Of a stretch of DNA of 64,000 bases, positions 10,329 through 20,446 are shown piece by piece. The notes below the pieces were generated by a model. That model was not told the origin of the DNA, did no database searches, and was given only the letters and a program-made list of their open reading frames with translations. Each line of letters starts with the position of its first letter. Within the stretch, counting starts at the first letter, position 1. The stretch comes from an uncultured candidate division Zixibacteria bacterium. GTDB lineage: Bacteria > Zixibacteria > MSB-5A5 > UBA10806. Position numbers and translations under genes: made by a program. The stretch covers positions 1,184,001 through 1,248,000 of the forward strand of contig CAWDFP010000006.1 of NCBI GenBank assembly GCA_963801605.1. The letters are read 5' to 3'.

Positions 10329-11396
10329 TTGAGCAAATATCAGAAGCTTCTACAGGAACTCACCGATGCCCATGGAGTATCGGGTTTTGAAGAAGAAGCT
10401 ACCAAGGTAATGAAAAAGCATATCAATGGCGCGGATGAGATCGTTTACGATAACCTGGGCAGCCTGATCGCCAAGAAACGAGGGAAATCAGATCGCCCGC
10501 GTATCATGATTGCGGGTCATATCGACGAAATCGGTTTTATAGTCAAAGAGATCACATCCGAAGGCTATATTAAGTTTTTGCCTCTCGGCGGATGGTGGGG
10601 GCATGTGGCCTTGGCTCAGCGTGTCATTATCAAGACTATGAAAGGCGATGTGCCGGGAATTATCGGCTCCAAGCCGCCTCATATTCTTAGCGATGAGGAG
10701 CGCAAAAAAGTCCTCGACTTAAAAGACATGTTTATTGATGTCGGCGTCTGCCAGGGATTCGATGTTAAATCCCTGGGAATTCGCCCCGGCGATCCAGTCG
10801 TGCCCGATTCCAAATTTCAGGTAATGGGAAATCCCGATCTCTATATGAATAAAGCTTTCGATAACAGATTGGGAGCGGCTGCAGCCGTCGCGGTATTTAA
10901 TGAGTTTGCAAATATCGAGCATCCCAATACGATTTATGCAGTCGGCACCGTGCAGGAAGAAGTAGGATTACGCGGCGCGGGTACTGCGGCTCACGTAGTC
11001 GATCCCGACGTGGCATTTATCGCCGATGTTTCAATTTCGGGCGATAGCCCCGATTCACAGATGACTTTTGGAAAGCTTGGATCGGGTCCGTCTATTACCG
11101 TGTTTGACGGCTCAATGATACCCAACCGCAAACTCCGCGATCTGGTAATAGACATAGCCGAAGCGCACAAGATTCCCTATCATTTCGCGGCATTGGACAG
11201 AGGCGGCACCGACGGCGGTCGCATTCATATCAGCCGAGCAGGAGTCCCCACGCTCTATGTAGGTGCGGCTACAAGATATATTCATAGCCATACCGCTATT
11301 CTGCATAAAGGCGATTTTGAAAATCTGGTAAAGCTTCTCACCGAGGTTATCAAGCAACTGGATACCAAAACGGTGGAGAAACTGTACCAAAAATAA
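10329..11396 (+). CDS. M42 family (TET-like) metallo-aminopeptidase
   Basis: GHIDEIG, KAFDNR, VQEEVGLRGA, GGTDGG, RYIHS. Confidence 0.94.
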   Translation: MSKYQKLLQELTDAHGVSGFEEEATKVMKKHINGADEIVYDNLGSLIAKKRGKSDRPRIMIAGHIDEIGFIVKEITSEGYIKFLPLGGWWGHVALAQRVIIKTMKGDVPGIIGSKPPHILSDEERKKVLDLKDMFIDVGVCQGFDVKSLGIRPGDPVVPDSKFQVMGNPDLYMNKAFDNRLGAAAAVAVFNEFANIEHPNTIYAVGTVQEEVGLRGAGTAAHVVDPDVAFIADVSISGDSPDSQMTFGKLGSGPSITVFDGSMIPNRKLRDLVIDIAEAHKIPYHFAALDRGGTDGGRIHISRAGVPTLYVGAATRYIHSHTAILHKGDFENLVKLLTEVIKQLDTKTVEKLYQK

Positions 11397-11459
11397 GCGA
11401 GCCTGATCCGGCCGTCCGGGAACTCGAAACGGGGATTCAATTAATCGAAGGAAATTACC

Positions 11460-12857
11460 ATGGCGCTTAGATTTTTCAATACCTTAACCCGGGCATTCGA
11501 GGAGTTTCAACCAATCAATGACCAATCGGTCAGAATGTATACTTGCGGCCCAACCGTCTATGCTCCGGCTCATATCGGAAATTTTCGCGCTTATATTTTC
11601 GAGGATATCCTCAGGCGTTATCTGAAATACAAAGGATATCAGGTGACTCAAGTGATGAATCTCACTGATATCGATGATAAAACCATTCGAGATTCCCAGG
11701 CGGCCGGTATCAGCCTTGATGATCATACCAGGAAGCTTAAGGAGCAATTCTTCCGCGATCTCGATCGCCTTAATATCGAACGCGCCGAAATCTATCCGGA
11801 AGCTACCAAACATATTCCAGAAATGGTTTCTTTGGTGCAGGCTTTGGTTGATAAGGGTCATGCCTATCAATCCGGCGATTCGATATACTTTAAGATTTCC
11901 ACTTTTCCCAAATACGGCGCGCTATCGCATATGGAGTTGGAGGCGCTTAAGGCCGGCGCCAGAGTCGATAGCGACGAGTATGAGAAGGAAACCGCCTCCG
12001 ATTTCGTTCTCTGGAAAGGCTGGACTGAGCGAGATGGCAATGTTTTTTGGGATACATCTCTTGGCAAAGGACGTCCCGGCTGGCATATCGAATGCTCGGC
12101 TATGTCGATGAAGTATCTTGGCAAGCATTTCGATATTCATACCGGCGGAGTGGACAACATATTTCCCCATCATGAAAATGAAATTGCCCAATCGGAAGGC
12201 GCTACCGGTCAGAAGTTCGTCAACTACTGGATGCATAACGCCCACCTCGTCGTTGAGGGCAAGAAGATGGCGAAATCGGAGGGTAATTACTTTACGGTCG
12301 AGGATCTGGTTCGCAAAGGTCAAAACCCGATTGCCATCCGGTATCTTTTAATGTCTACTCATTACCGTCAGCCGTTGAATTTTACATTCGACGGTCTTGA
12401 AGCCGCCAAAAACGCCATAACACGGTTACGCGATTTTAAGCTAAATGTGGAAGGCGCCAAAGCTGGCGCAGGAAATCCTGCGGTTAAAGAATCGATTAAT
12501 AAGGCGGTCAGCGGTTTTGAAGCCGGTCTCGATGATGATCTCAATATCTCGCCTTCAATGGGAGCACTATTCGATTTTGTACGTGAGATAAACGCCATAA
12601 TTGCAGAACAAGGTTTATTCGAGACCGATAAAAACGATGTTCTTCAAACCTTGAAGCGTTTCGATAGCGTGCTTGGTGTGATTTTTCATAAAGAGGATGT
12701 TATCGATGAGCGTATCGAGCGCTTGATAAATGAACGAAATGCCGCTAAAAAAACTCGCGATTTCAAAAAGGCAGATCAAATCAGGGCTAATCTTTTATCC
12801 GAGGGTATCATATTGGAGGATACTCCCAAAGGCACTGTCTGGAAACGCAAGATATAG
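11460..12857 (+). CDS. cysS: Cysteine--tRNA ligase
   Basis: CGPTVY, HIGN, GRPGWHIECSAM, FPHHENE, KMAKS. Confidence 0.98.
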   Translation: MALRFFNTLTRAFEEFQPINDQSVRMYTCGPTVYAPAHIGNFRAYIFEDILRRYLKYKGYQVTQVMNLTDIDDKTIRDSQAAGISLDDHTRKLKEQFFRDLDRLNIERAEIYPEATKHIPEMVSLVQALVDKGHAYQSGDSIYFKISTFPKYGALSHMELEALKAGARVDSDEYEKETASDFVLWKGWTERDGNVFWDTSLGKGRPGWHIECSAMSMKYLGKHFDIHTGGVDNIFPHHENEIAQSEGATGQKFVNYWMHNAHLVVEGKKMAKSEGNYFTVEDLVRKGQNPIAIRYLLMSTHYRQPLNFTFDGLEAAKNAITRLRDFKLNVEGAKAGAGNPAVKESINKAVSGFEAGLDDDLNISPSMGALFDFVREINAIIAEQGLFETDKNDVLQTLKRFDSVLGVIFHKEDVIDERIERLINERNAAKKTRDFKKADQIRANLLSEGIILEDTPKGTVWKRKI

Positions 12858-12949
12858 AAATTGCAAATGCAGAATGGCATGCCTCCAGGCGTAATATCCT
12901 GCTTTTTAAGCAAGACGATTAACCCCCAATAATTATCACCGGTGGGAGT

Positions 12950-13897
12950 ATGATAAAAAGATTAGCAGCCTGCCTGATTCTCCTATTTGCCCTTAACGTT
13001 AAGGGTAATTGCCAGGACAACCAGATTTATAACGATACTACCAGCGATTCATTAAGCGCATCCAGCGATGATGATTTCGGGGAATGGCTTCTCAGTTCAG
13101 ATGATGATACCTCGGCGATAAATAATTCCAAAATAACTCCGAATCTCGATCAAATCCGTGCGCAAATCAACGCGGTGAATTACGATTCCGCTCTGCAGCT
13201 CGTAAACAGTTATATGAAGTATGACAGTCTGGATAACGAAGCCTGGTATCTCCTTGGATTTATATATGATCGCAAAGAAAATTTGCCACGCGCCATGGAA
13301 TGTTATCAAAAATCGATAAGACTCGATTCGACTTACTGGGGACCATATCGCGATCTGGCTTACCTTTATGAGGTTTTTGCCAAAAATGATAGCCTGCATT
13401 TTTATCTGAATAAAGCGATACAATATTCCCCCACGCCGGAAAGCCTTTATTATGATTATGGCTATTCATTCGATGTTCTGGGCAATGGCGATTCCGCTTT
13501 AGTCTATTATCATAAAGCGATTGAAAATGATCCTCGCGATATTGATGCTTACCTGAATATTGGCGCTTTATGGGGAGCAAATAATTATATCGATTCGGCC
13601 GGGATTTATACCCAACAAGCGCTGGAGCTAAATCCTGCCCTGCCTCAAAGTAACTATAATTACGCCGAGATACTCAAATCCGAGGGTGACAGTACCAGGG
13701 CAATCGATTATTATCAGAAGGCTCTGGCGCTCGATCCGTCATTGATAGAATCCAAGCTGCGACTGGGCGAGCTTTACGAGGGCCTTGGTGATTCCGCTAT
13801 GGCTAAAATCTATTTTCAGGAATTTGTTGGCTCCAACCGAATGGATTATTACGACGATATCCAGCGCATTAAAACCAAACTGGAAAATTATCGCTGA
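12950..13897 (+). CDS. Exported tetratricopeptide-repeat protein
   Basis: N-terminal signal peptide; repeated TPR helices (AWYLLG, AYLNIG, YYQKALALDP). Confidence 0.88.
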   Translation: MIKRLAACLILLFALNVKGNCQDNQIYNDTTSDSLSASSDDDFGEWLLSSDDDTSAINNSKITPNLDQIRAQINAVNYDSALQLVNSYMKYDSLDNEAWYLLGFIYDRKENLPRAMECYQKSIRLDSTYWGPYRDLAYLYEVFAKNDSLHFYLNKAIQYSPTPESLYYDYGYSFDVLGNGDSALVYYHKAIENDPRDIDAYLNIGALWGANNYIDSAGIYTQQALELNPALPQSNYNYAEILKSEGDSTRAIDYYQKALALDPSLIESKLRLGELYEGLGDSAMAKIYFQEFVGSNRMDYYDDIQRIKTKLENYR

Positions 13898-14041
13898 TAT
13901 TCCTTGTGGTTGGCGTGTATCATGGTGCGCCGACCAACTCTAAAATTGGTTGAGAAGCAGCTATGACTCGCTCTCAAATTATTTGACCTTTTCGCAGTTC
14001 ATACGTATATCATCTATAATGCGTCTCAGGGAAAGGACCGA

Positions 14042-14692
14042 TTGATGCAAGCCAACGTTATTACATTGGGCAGGATCGTATTGGTTTTCGTGGCGCTCTG
14101 GATGTTTACTCTCGGTTTCCAGTTTAAGTTAGCGGCGACAGTCTTAACAATATTGATTATATATCTGGATTCTCTCGACGGTTACGTAGCGCGCAAACTC
14201 GGGACCGCCTCCGATTTTGGAGCGCTGCTCGATATTGCCGGTGACCGCATTGTCGAAAATGCCTACTGGATATTTTTTGCCTGGATAGGACTTGTCAGCT
14301 TTTGGATTCCGATTATTATCGTGGCCCGCGGCTTCCTGACGGATCTGGCTCGCAGCGTGGCTTTCGCCAAAGGCCAGATGCCATTCGGAAAAAGGACCCA
14401 TCTTCGTTCTAAGATTGCCCGCTTTCTCTGCTCCAGCCGTTTTTCAAGAGCGGTTTATGGTGTTACCAAGGTATTAGTATTTGTCTGGTTGGGGTTATAT
14501 TTGTCGCTTCAGGCGGCAATCAAAAAGTATGATCTGAACCTGCCCGCAATTTATAGCAAAGCGGCTTTTGATATTGGCACCGTACTGGTGTATATTACGC
14601 TTGTTATGTGTGTTCTTCGAGGCATTCCCGTATTATGGGAGTCGCGTTACCTGCTTTTAGCCAAAGAATACCCAACCAGGGCGGGATTTTGA
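14042..14692 (+). CDS. CDP-alcohol phosphatidyltransferase (PgsA/PIPS-like)
   Basis: ANVITLGR and DSLDGYVAR-x7-G-x3-D-x3-D signature. Confidence 0.92.
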   Translation: MMQANVITLGRIVLVFVALWMFTLGFQFKLAATVLTILIIYLDSLDGYVARKLGTASDFGALLDIAGDRIVENAYWIFFAWIGLVSFWIPIIIVARGFLTDLARSVAFAKGQMPFGKRTHLRSKIARFLCSSRFSRAVYGVTKVLVFVWLGLYLSLQAAIKKYDLNLPAIYSKAAFDIGTVLVYITLVMCVLRGIPVLWESRYLLLAKEYPTRAGF

Positions 14693-15330
14693 TCCTCTTC
14701 GATATTGACGGCACAGTACTACCGGGCACGTCCTGCGAGCGCCTGTTTGTACGCTACTTGATTCATCATGGCATCCTTAGTCCCTCAAACTTCGTAAATT
14801 TCGTTATTAGAGGAATATTGCTTTTATATAAAGGCCCGGTTTATTCGCTTAAGGCCAACAAGGGATATTTACGTGGTTTTTCGACAGAGCGAATATCGGC
14901 TATCGGACGGGAGTTTTTTCAAACCGAGGTTGCCTCGCGGATTTCCAAAGTGGCAATCGAAAGAATTAACGAACACAAACGCCGCAGCGAACGCGTTATT
15001 ATTTTTTCGGGTATGCCCGATTTTCTCCTGGCCAATTTTGCGGAATTTCTGGGAGTGCATGAATATTACGGCAGTGTCATGGAAACTAAGGGCGGAAAAT
15101 TCACCGGCAGGACGCTGGGGACTTTTCCCCTGGGACATGGCAAAGTCAAACTGATTAAAAAGTTGATTTCGGAAACGCATTTCAACTGGTCCGATCTCAC
15201 TTTCTATGGGGATCACTGGCTGGATCGCTTTCTACTTTCCCGGGTGGGTCGGCCGATGGTGGTCAATCCCGGTAATCGCCTCAAACGCATTGCCAAACGC
15301 CGCAACTGGCATGTCGAGAAATTCCAATAA
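14689..15330 (+). CDS. HAD-IB (SerB/PgpP-like) phosphatase
   Basis: FDIDGTV, FSG, K, YGDHWLD; TTG start overlaps upstream stop. Confidence 0.85.
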   Translation: MILFDIDGTVLPGTSCERLFVRYLIHHGILSPSNFVNFVIRGILLLYKGPVYSLKANKGYLRGFSTERISAIGREFFQTEVASRISKVAIERINEHKRRSERVIIFSGMPDFLLANFAEFLGVHEYYGSVMETKGGKFTGRTLGTFPLGHGKVKLIKKLISETHFNWSDLTFYGDHWLDRFLLSRVGRPMVVNPGNRLKRIAKRRNWHVEKFQ

Positions 15331-15422
15331 ATAATGCAGCGTTTTCAACTCGCCATATTTGGCGCTTGCGTTTTAAAATATCTTGTGACCGCACTAGCTG
15401 AAAAATTCACTTGGCGTCGGAT

Positions 15423-16353
15423 TTAAGAATCGACGCTTTCGTTCTTTTGCAGGTTAAGACCCTCAGGGGCTTGACGCTTTAAATTTTTAAATAAGACTAC
15501 TTCAAAAATAATTTGCAGGACTGACATTGATGTGCCGATCATACTGGAAATAATAATATAAATTATGCTGAATGATGTTAATCCCATTTTATTCAAACGT
15601 TTGGTAACAACAATAGAAAGAATTGAAATAAAAATTACTACTATAGTCGGCAACAATATCCTTCCAAATACTTGCCACCACCTGTTTTTGACAAGCGCTT
15701 TGCTTTCTGATAGCGCTTTGAAATAATATTTGCGATCTATGACCACAAAATATGCTGAAAAATTAAACCATACATATACAATTATGGCTGGAATTATCAG
15801 GCATAACCCTGAAAGCAGAACACTCAATACGAAAATAGCGCCAGTTATCAGATAAGGGAATTATCAGACCCAAAGTTTCTTTGTAGAGTGTCCCTGCTTT
15901 TCCGGAACTCGCTTCATCATTCGCAGCAATAATAATTGGAATTCCCGAAATCATCACCAGCGTCATGAAGATATAATTAAGAATAGGAAAAATGACATTG
16001 CCTGAGTTCGAGAAGATTGGCATATCCAAAATATTTGATATAATTGATAACAAACAATAAATTGACCCAAGAATAATAAAAATACGCTTATTATCAGCAA
16101 ATATATCAATCGTCATGGACAACAATTTGCCTAGCGGAAGTACCGGTAGCGGCTCTATGGATTCATTTATTATCGGAATTTGATTATGCTGGACTACAGG
16201 ACTTACAAGCGGTGTTTCTTCTTCGGTGTTAATTGCAGATTCTGGCACCATGCTCTCAGCGTGACATGTTTTGCACGATGCCATTTCGCCGACTTTAAGA
16301 AATTTGACGATAATTAGATTCCCGCAGCGCGGGCAATCATATTTTAGAGCCAT
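15423..16353 (-). CDS. Zn-ribbon-containing multi-pass membrane protein, split by a frameshift near 15856
   Basis: CPRC...CKTC N-terminus then TM helices; ORFs 15763-16353 and 15423-15827 join as LIIP-YLITGAIF if one base is removed. Confidence 0.65.
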
Positions 16354-17560
16354 CTATTGCTCTTTCCGCCACCCCGCTCTTTCCAAAGATCGCAAAGAAG
16401 ATCGTTCCGATTACCCCAAATCCAAAGGCTGTCCAGAGATTAACCGTTGGGCTGATTTTCCAGAGCAGCCCGCCGCCAAACGCCGCCAGTGAGACTACCG
16501 TATCGCGAAATAGATAGTAAGTGCCCATCGTGCGCGCCTTTGCCTCCGGTACCGAAAGATCAACGATCAGCGCCTTGCGGGTTGGCTCGCCGAACTCTTT
16601 CAAACCGCGAATGAAAAAAGCGAATATCAACATGCTCGTGGACCGCGAAAAATAGAGGATCGCAGGGAAGATAGTGAAAAAGCAAAAGGTGATGACCACA
16701 AAAGGCTTGCGTTCCGCCTTATCGGAAAAATAGGCCACCGGGATATAGAGCAGCATGGCGGTCCCCATTTCGATTGCGGTAAGCCAGCCGAATTCCAGCG
16801 CCCCCTTTTTCAAAATATCCATCACCCAGAGGACCACAAAGGCATAAGGTATCTGTTCGCAGAAGCGAATCAGAATATCGGAAATTAAAAGTCGCTTAAG
16901 ATTAGGGCTGAAACGCTTGAACAGCTCGAAAAAATGAAGCGGCTCGTAGGGCTTTTTTTCTGCAGGGGCTATACGCTGTTGAATGAATATCGAGATGATG
17001 CCCAGAATTAAGGCAAAACCGAATGCCAGCCTTACGCCGTTTACCACGCCGTAATAGGCAATCAATCCGCCGCCGATTACCGGCCCTAATCCCATCGGAA
17101 TGCGACGGATAATCGAATGCATCGAAACGCCCATAGCGCGTTTGCTCTTGGGCAGAAGATCGGATACCATGGTCATGGTCGCCGGAAGCGATAACGCTGA
17201 CCAGGCTAAGAAAAATATCGCGGCGATTAGCACCGCCGGCCATAACGGTATCAGGATTACAATCAGGTAACCTATCATGGCGATGATATTGAATATCAAC
17301 AGCGCCCGCTTGGTCCCCAGGCGATCCGATAAAATTCCGCCCGGCAAAGACCACAGCGCTCCCAGCAGGTTCTGCAAACCGCCATATAAGCCAATAATTA
17401 TGATGCTGGCGCCAAGAGCTTCGATATACTTGGGGATAAACCGTTCGCCGATTCGCTCGCCCATCCCAATCAGGATTACCATTACTAATAGGAAAATGTA
17501 ATCCCTCTTAAGCCCCAGGAAATTCAGTATGCCGTTTTGCGATGATGTTTCTTCTGTCAT
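16337..17560 (-). CDS. Major facilitator superfamily transporter
   Basis: GILSDRLGTKR motif A, SDKAERK, about 12 TM helices; ATG 17560 preferred start. Confidence 0.92.
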   Translation of the reverse strand: MTEETSSQNGILNFLGLKRDYIFLLVMVILIGMGERIGERFIPKYIEALGASIIIIGLYGGLQNLLGALWSLPGGILSDRLGTKRALLIFNIIAMIGYLIVILIPLWPAVLIAAIFFLAWSALSLPATMTMVSDLLPKSKRAMGVSMHSIIRRIPMGLGPVIGGGLIAYYGVVNGVRLAFGFALILGIISIFIQQRIAPAEKKPYEPLHFFELFKRFSPNLKRLLISDILIRFCEQIPYAFVVLWVMDILKKGALEFGWLTAIEMGTAMLLYIPVAYFSDKAERKPFVVITFCFFTIFPAILYFSRSTSMLIFAFFIRGLKEFGEPTRKALIVDLSVPEAKARTMGTYYLFRDTVVSLAAFGGGLLWKISPTVNLWTAFGFGVIGTIFFAIFGKSGVAERAIDGSKI

Positions 17561-17567
17561 TGGGATA

Positions 17568-17596
17568 AATATATTTCCCAGGAACCAAGATTGCAA
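17568..17596 (-). promoter_or_regulatory. Sigma70 promoter abutting MFS start (leaderless-type)
   Basis: TTGCAA-17 nt-TATATT-7 nt-ATG; no SD. Confidence 0.55.
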
Positions 17597-17924
17597 GAGC
17601 GATGTTTGTAGGTTTGATGCGGGAAATTTTTCACTTTTTAGTCGAAAAGCAGGCTTTGGATTTAAGTCTTGACAGATTATGCTCGATATGTTTAACATAA
17701 GATCGATAAGTTGATTTCTGATAGCTATTTAAGAATTGGACCCTGACATCAAATGGCCTGTGAATTAACAATTTCACATCATTCCGCAAGCGGTCCGAAA
17801 AAGTTGTTTTTATTCAGTCTGAAGGATTGGAATTCAAATTATCGATTATTTTGAGCAGATCAAAAAAATAGTTGTTTAACATCCGCAATTTATTAAAAAA
17901 ATTAATATCGATCGGGAGGACTTA

Positions 17925-18956
17925 ATGCCCTTGAAAGAAAACGATAAAAAACCATCCCTTAAGGAGATTGGACTGTCAGAGGAGACTCTGATGGATTTGT
18001 ATACCAATCTCCTTAAAACCAGGCTTTTGGATGAGAGGCTCCGTAAGCTATTCCGTCAAGGCCGATACGCCGGAACCTATTTTTCGGCGGTGGGTCAGGA
18101 GGCCACCACTGTGGGGCCGACCTACGGCCTTCGCGATGATGACATCATCGGCCCATCGCATCGCGAGATAGGCGCCAATGTCACTAAAGGCGTGCCGCTG
18201 GCTAAGATCGTGGCCCAGGTTTACGCTCGCTCCAATTCGCCTGATAAAGGCAAATCACATCCCTGCCATTACGGCTATCGACCCAAGGGAGTGATCACCC
18301 CGGCCTCGACCGTAGCCGGTCAAACTATCATTGCTACCGGATGCGCCATGGCTTTCAAGATCCAGAAGAAAGATAATGTAGCTCTGGCATTTTTTGGCGA
18401 GGGTGCAACGTCGCGCGGCGGCTGGCATGAGGCGCTGAACTACGCCGGGATTCACAAGCTTCCGATTATTTATATCTGCCAGAATAATCTCTGGGCAGAA
18501 TCGGTACCGGCAACCCTTCAGGCCAATATCGAGAGATTTTCCGATAGAGCCAAGGCATACGGTATTCCGGGTGTCACCATCGACGGCAATGACGTTGTCT
18601 TAACGCACAAGACGGCCAAAGATGCTATCGACAAAGCCCGCAACAATGGCGGCCCGGCATTTATAGAATGTCTGACTTACCGCTGGTATGGCCATTCGGA
18701 AATCGATCCTGCCGATTACCGTCGCCAGGAAGAACTCGAGAGTTGGAAAGCCAAAGACCCGGTGCTTCGCGCCGAAAATCTGCTCATCAATCTTGGTTTG
18801 CTAACGACCCAAAAGCGCGAGGCTTTGGTGGAGACCATTAATCAAGAGATCGATGAGGCTGTCAACGAGGCCGAATCGGCTAAATACTCTGAGCCGGAGG
18901 AGGCTTATAACGATGTATACTCCGAGGATTTCCCTGTTATTAGAGAGGAGATCTAA
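17925..18956 (+). CDS. 2-oxoacid dehydrogenase E1 alpha (branched-chain type likely)
   Basis: GQEA, TPP motif GEGA...QNN, TYRWYGHS. Confidence 0.93.
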   Translation: MPLKENDKKPSLKEIGLSEETLMDLYTNLLKTRLLDERLRKLFRQGRYAGTYFSAVGQEATTVGPTYGLRDDDIIGPSHREIGANVTKGVPLAKIVAQVYARSNSPDKGKSHPCHYGYRPKGVITPASTVAGQTIIATGCAMAFKIQKKDNVALAFFGEGATSRGGWHEALNYAGIHKLPIIYICQNNLWAESVPATLQANIERFSDRAKAYGIPGVTIDGNDVVLTHKTAKDAIDKARNNGGPAFIECLTYRWYGHSEIDPADYRRQEELESWKAKDPVLRAENLLINLGLLTTQKREALVETINQEIDEAVNEAESAKYSEPEEAYNDVYSEDFPVIREEI

Positions 18957-18959
18957 GAT

Positions 18960-19448
18960 TTGTCCAATAATCTAAAATCCAAAAGCCCGGCAGAGTCCGA
19001 AATCGTAATGACTGAACTGGTTATCCCCAATGATGCTAATATTCTTGGCAATGTCTTGGGAGGACGAGTCATGCATTGGATCGATCTTTCGGCCGCTATG
19101 GCAGCTCATCGCCATTGCAACTCGATCTGCGTTACAGCTTCAATCGAAGGGCTTTCGTTTTTACATCCCATAAAACTAGGACAACTGGCTCTTTTAAAGG
19201 CACGTGTCGTCTTTGTGGGAACAACATCGTTGATAGTAAAAGTCACTATCCATTCCGAGGATATGGATACCGGTGAGCAGTTAAGAACTACTGAAGCCTA
19301 CCTGACATTCGTTTGCCTGGGACCGGATGGTAAGCCCAGAGCGGTACCGCGGCTTAATCTTCAGACCGAAGATGAAAAAGCGGAATTTGCCAAAGCCGAG
19401 AATAGCCGCAGGAAAAGGCTTGAATCGCAGAAGCAGGAGAAACAATGA
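18960..19448 (+). CDS. Hot-dog fold acyl-CoA thioesterase (YciA-like)
   Basis: PNDANILGNVLGG, WIDLSA, VTAS, F..PI..G, GTTSL, YLTFV. Confidence 0.92.
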   Translation: MSNNLKSKSPAESEIVMTELVIPNDANILGNVLGGRVMHWIDLSAAMAAHRHCNSICVTASIEGLSFLHPIKLGQLALLKARVVFVGTTSLIVKVTIHSEDMDTGEQLRTTEAYLTFVCLGPDGKPRAVPRLNLQTEDEKAEFAKAENSRRKRLESQKQEKQ

Positions 19449-20428
19449 AAAAGGTTACTTTTATAGATGCCATTACCGAGGCTATGGCCGAGGAAATGGA
19501 GCGGGACGAGAAGGTCTTTCTGATCGGGGAGGATATTGGCCTCTACGGCGGTGTATTCAAAGCCACCAAGGGCTTACAACAGCGTTTCGGAGTTGAACGA
19601 GTCATCGATTCCCCGATATCCGAAGTTTATATCGTTGGCGGTAGCGTTGGTGCGGCCATGGTTGGTATGCGTCCAGTGCCGGAAATACAATTTGCCGATT
19701 TTATCACCCCATCGATGGATCAAATCATTCAACAAGCAGCCAAAGTCCGCTATCGTACTGGTGGGCAATGGACCTGCCCCATGACCATAAGGGTTTGCTG
19801 TGGCGGAGAAGTAGGGGGAGGTCTTTATCACTCTCAAATTAATGAGCAGTGGTTTTTCTCGCAGCCGGGACTGGTTGTGGTTTTCCCGTCCACTCCGTAC
19901 GATGCCAAGGGACTGCTCAAATCGGCGATCAGGGGCAATGATCCAGTTATCTATTTCGAACACAAGAGGCTTTACCGTTCTGTAAAGGAAGATATCCCCG
20001 AAGAGGATTTTACCGTGCCAATCGGCAAAGCCGCCGTAAGAAAAGAGGGCAAGGATGTTACCCTCGTAGCCTACGGGCTTATGTGCCAGAAGTCGCTGGA
20101 GGCCATTCAGATGCTCGAAAAAGATGGTATTTCCGCCGAACTCATTGATATGCGTACGCTTCGTCCCTGGGATCGCGAGACGATTTACAATTCGATCAAG
20201 AAAACATCCAGGGTCATCCTGGTTCAGGAGAATTCCAAAACCGGCGGCGTTATGGCCGAGGTTTCCGCATCGATTATGGAAGAGGCTTTCGATTACCTGG
20301 ATGCTCCTGTTACCCGCGTCTGTGGTTTAGATGTTCCCATGCTGCCTTTTGCTCCTCCTATGGAGCATTTCTTCCTGCCCAATGCCGAGAAGATCACCAA
20401 GGCTGTTAAGAAGTTGATGGAGTATTGA
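19445..20428 (+). CDS. 2-oxoacid dehydrogenase E1 beta
   Basis: GEDIG..GGVFKAT, DSPISE, EIQFADF, GGLYHSQ, FEHKRLY. Confidence 0.95.
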   Translation: MKKVTFIDAITEAMAEEMERDEKVFLIGEDIGLYGGVFKATKGLQQRFGVERVIDSPISEVYIVGGSVGAAMVGMRPVPEIQFADFITPSMDQIIQQAAKVRYRTGGQWTCPMTIRVCCGGEVGGGLYHSQINEQWFFSQPGLVVVFPSTPYDAKGLLKSAIRGNDPVIYFEHKRLYRSVKEDIPEEDFTVPIGKAAVRKEGKDVTLVAYGLMCQKSLEAIQMLEKDGISAELIDMRTLRPWDRETIYNSIKKTSRVILVQENSKTGGVMAEVSASIMEEAFDYLDAPVTRVCGLDVPMLPFAPPMEHFFLPNAEKITKAVKKLMEY

Positions 20429-20446
20429 TATAGTGAAGGAGCCGAG

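Noticed and set aside
11397..11459. Possible T-box upstream of cysS
   Set aside because: Only 63 nt intergenic, and no T-box consensus
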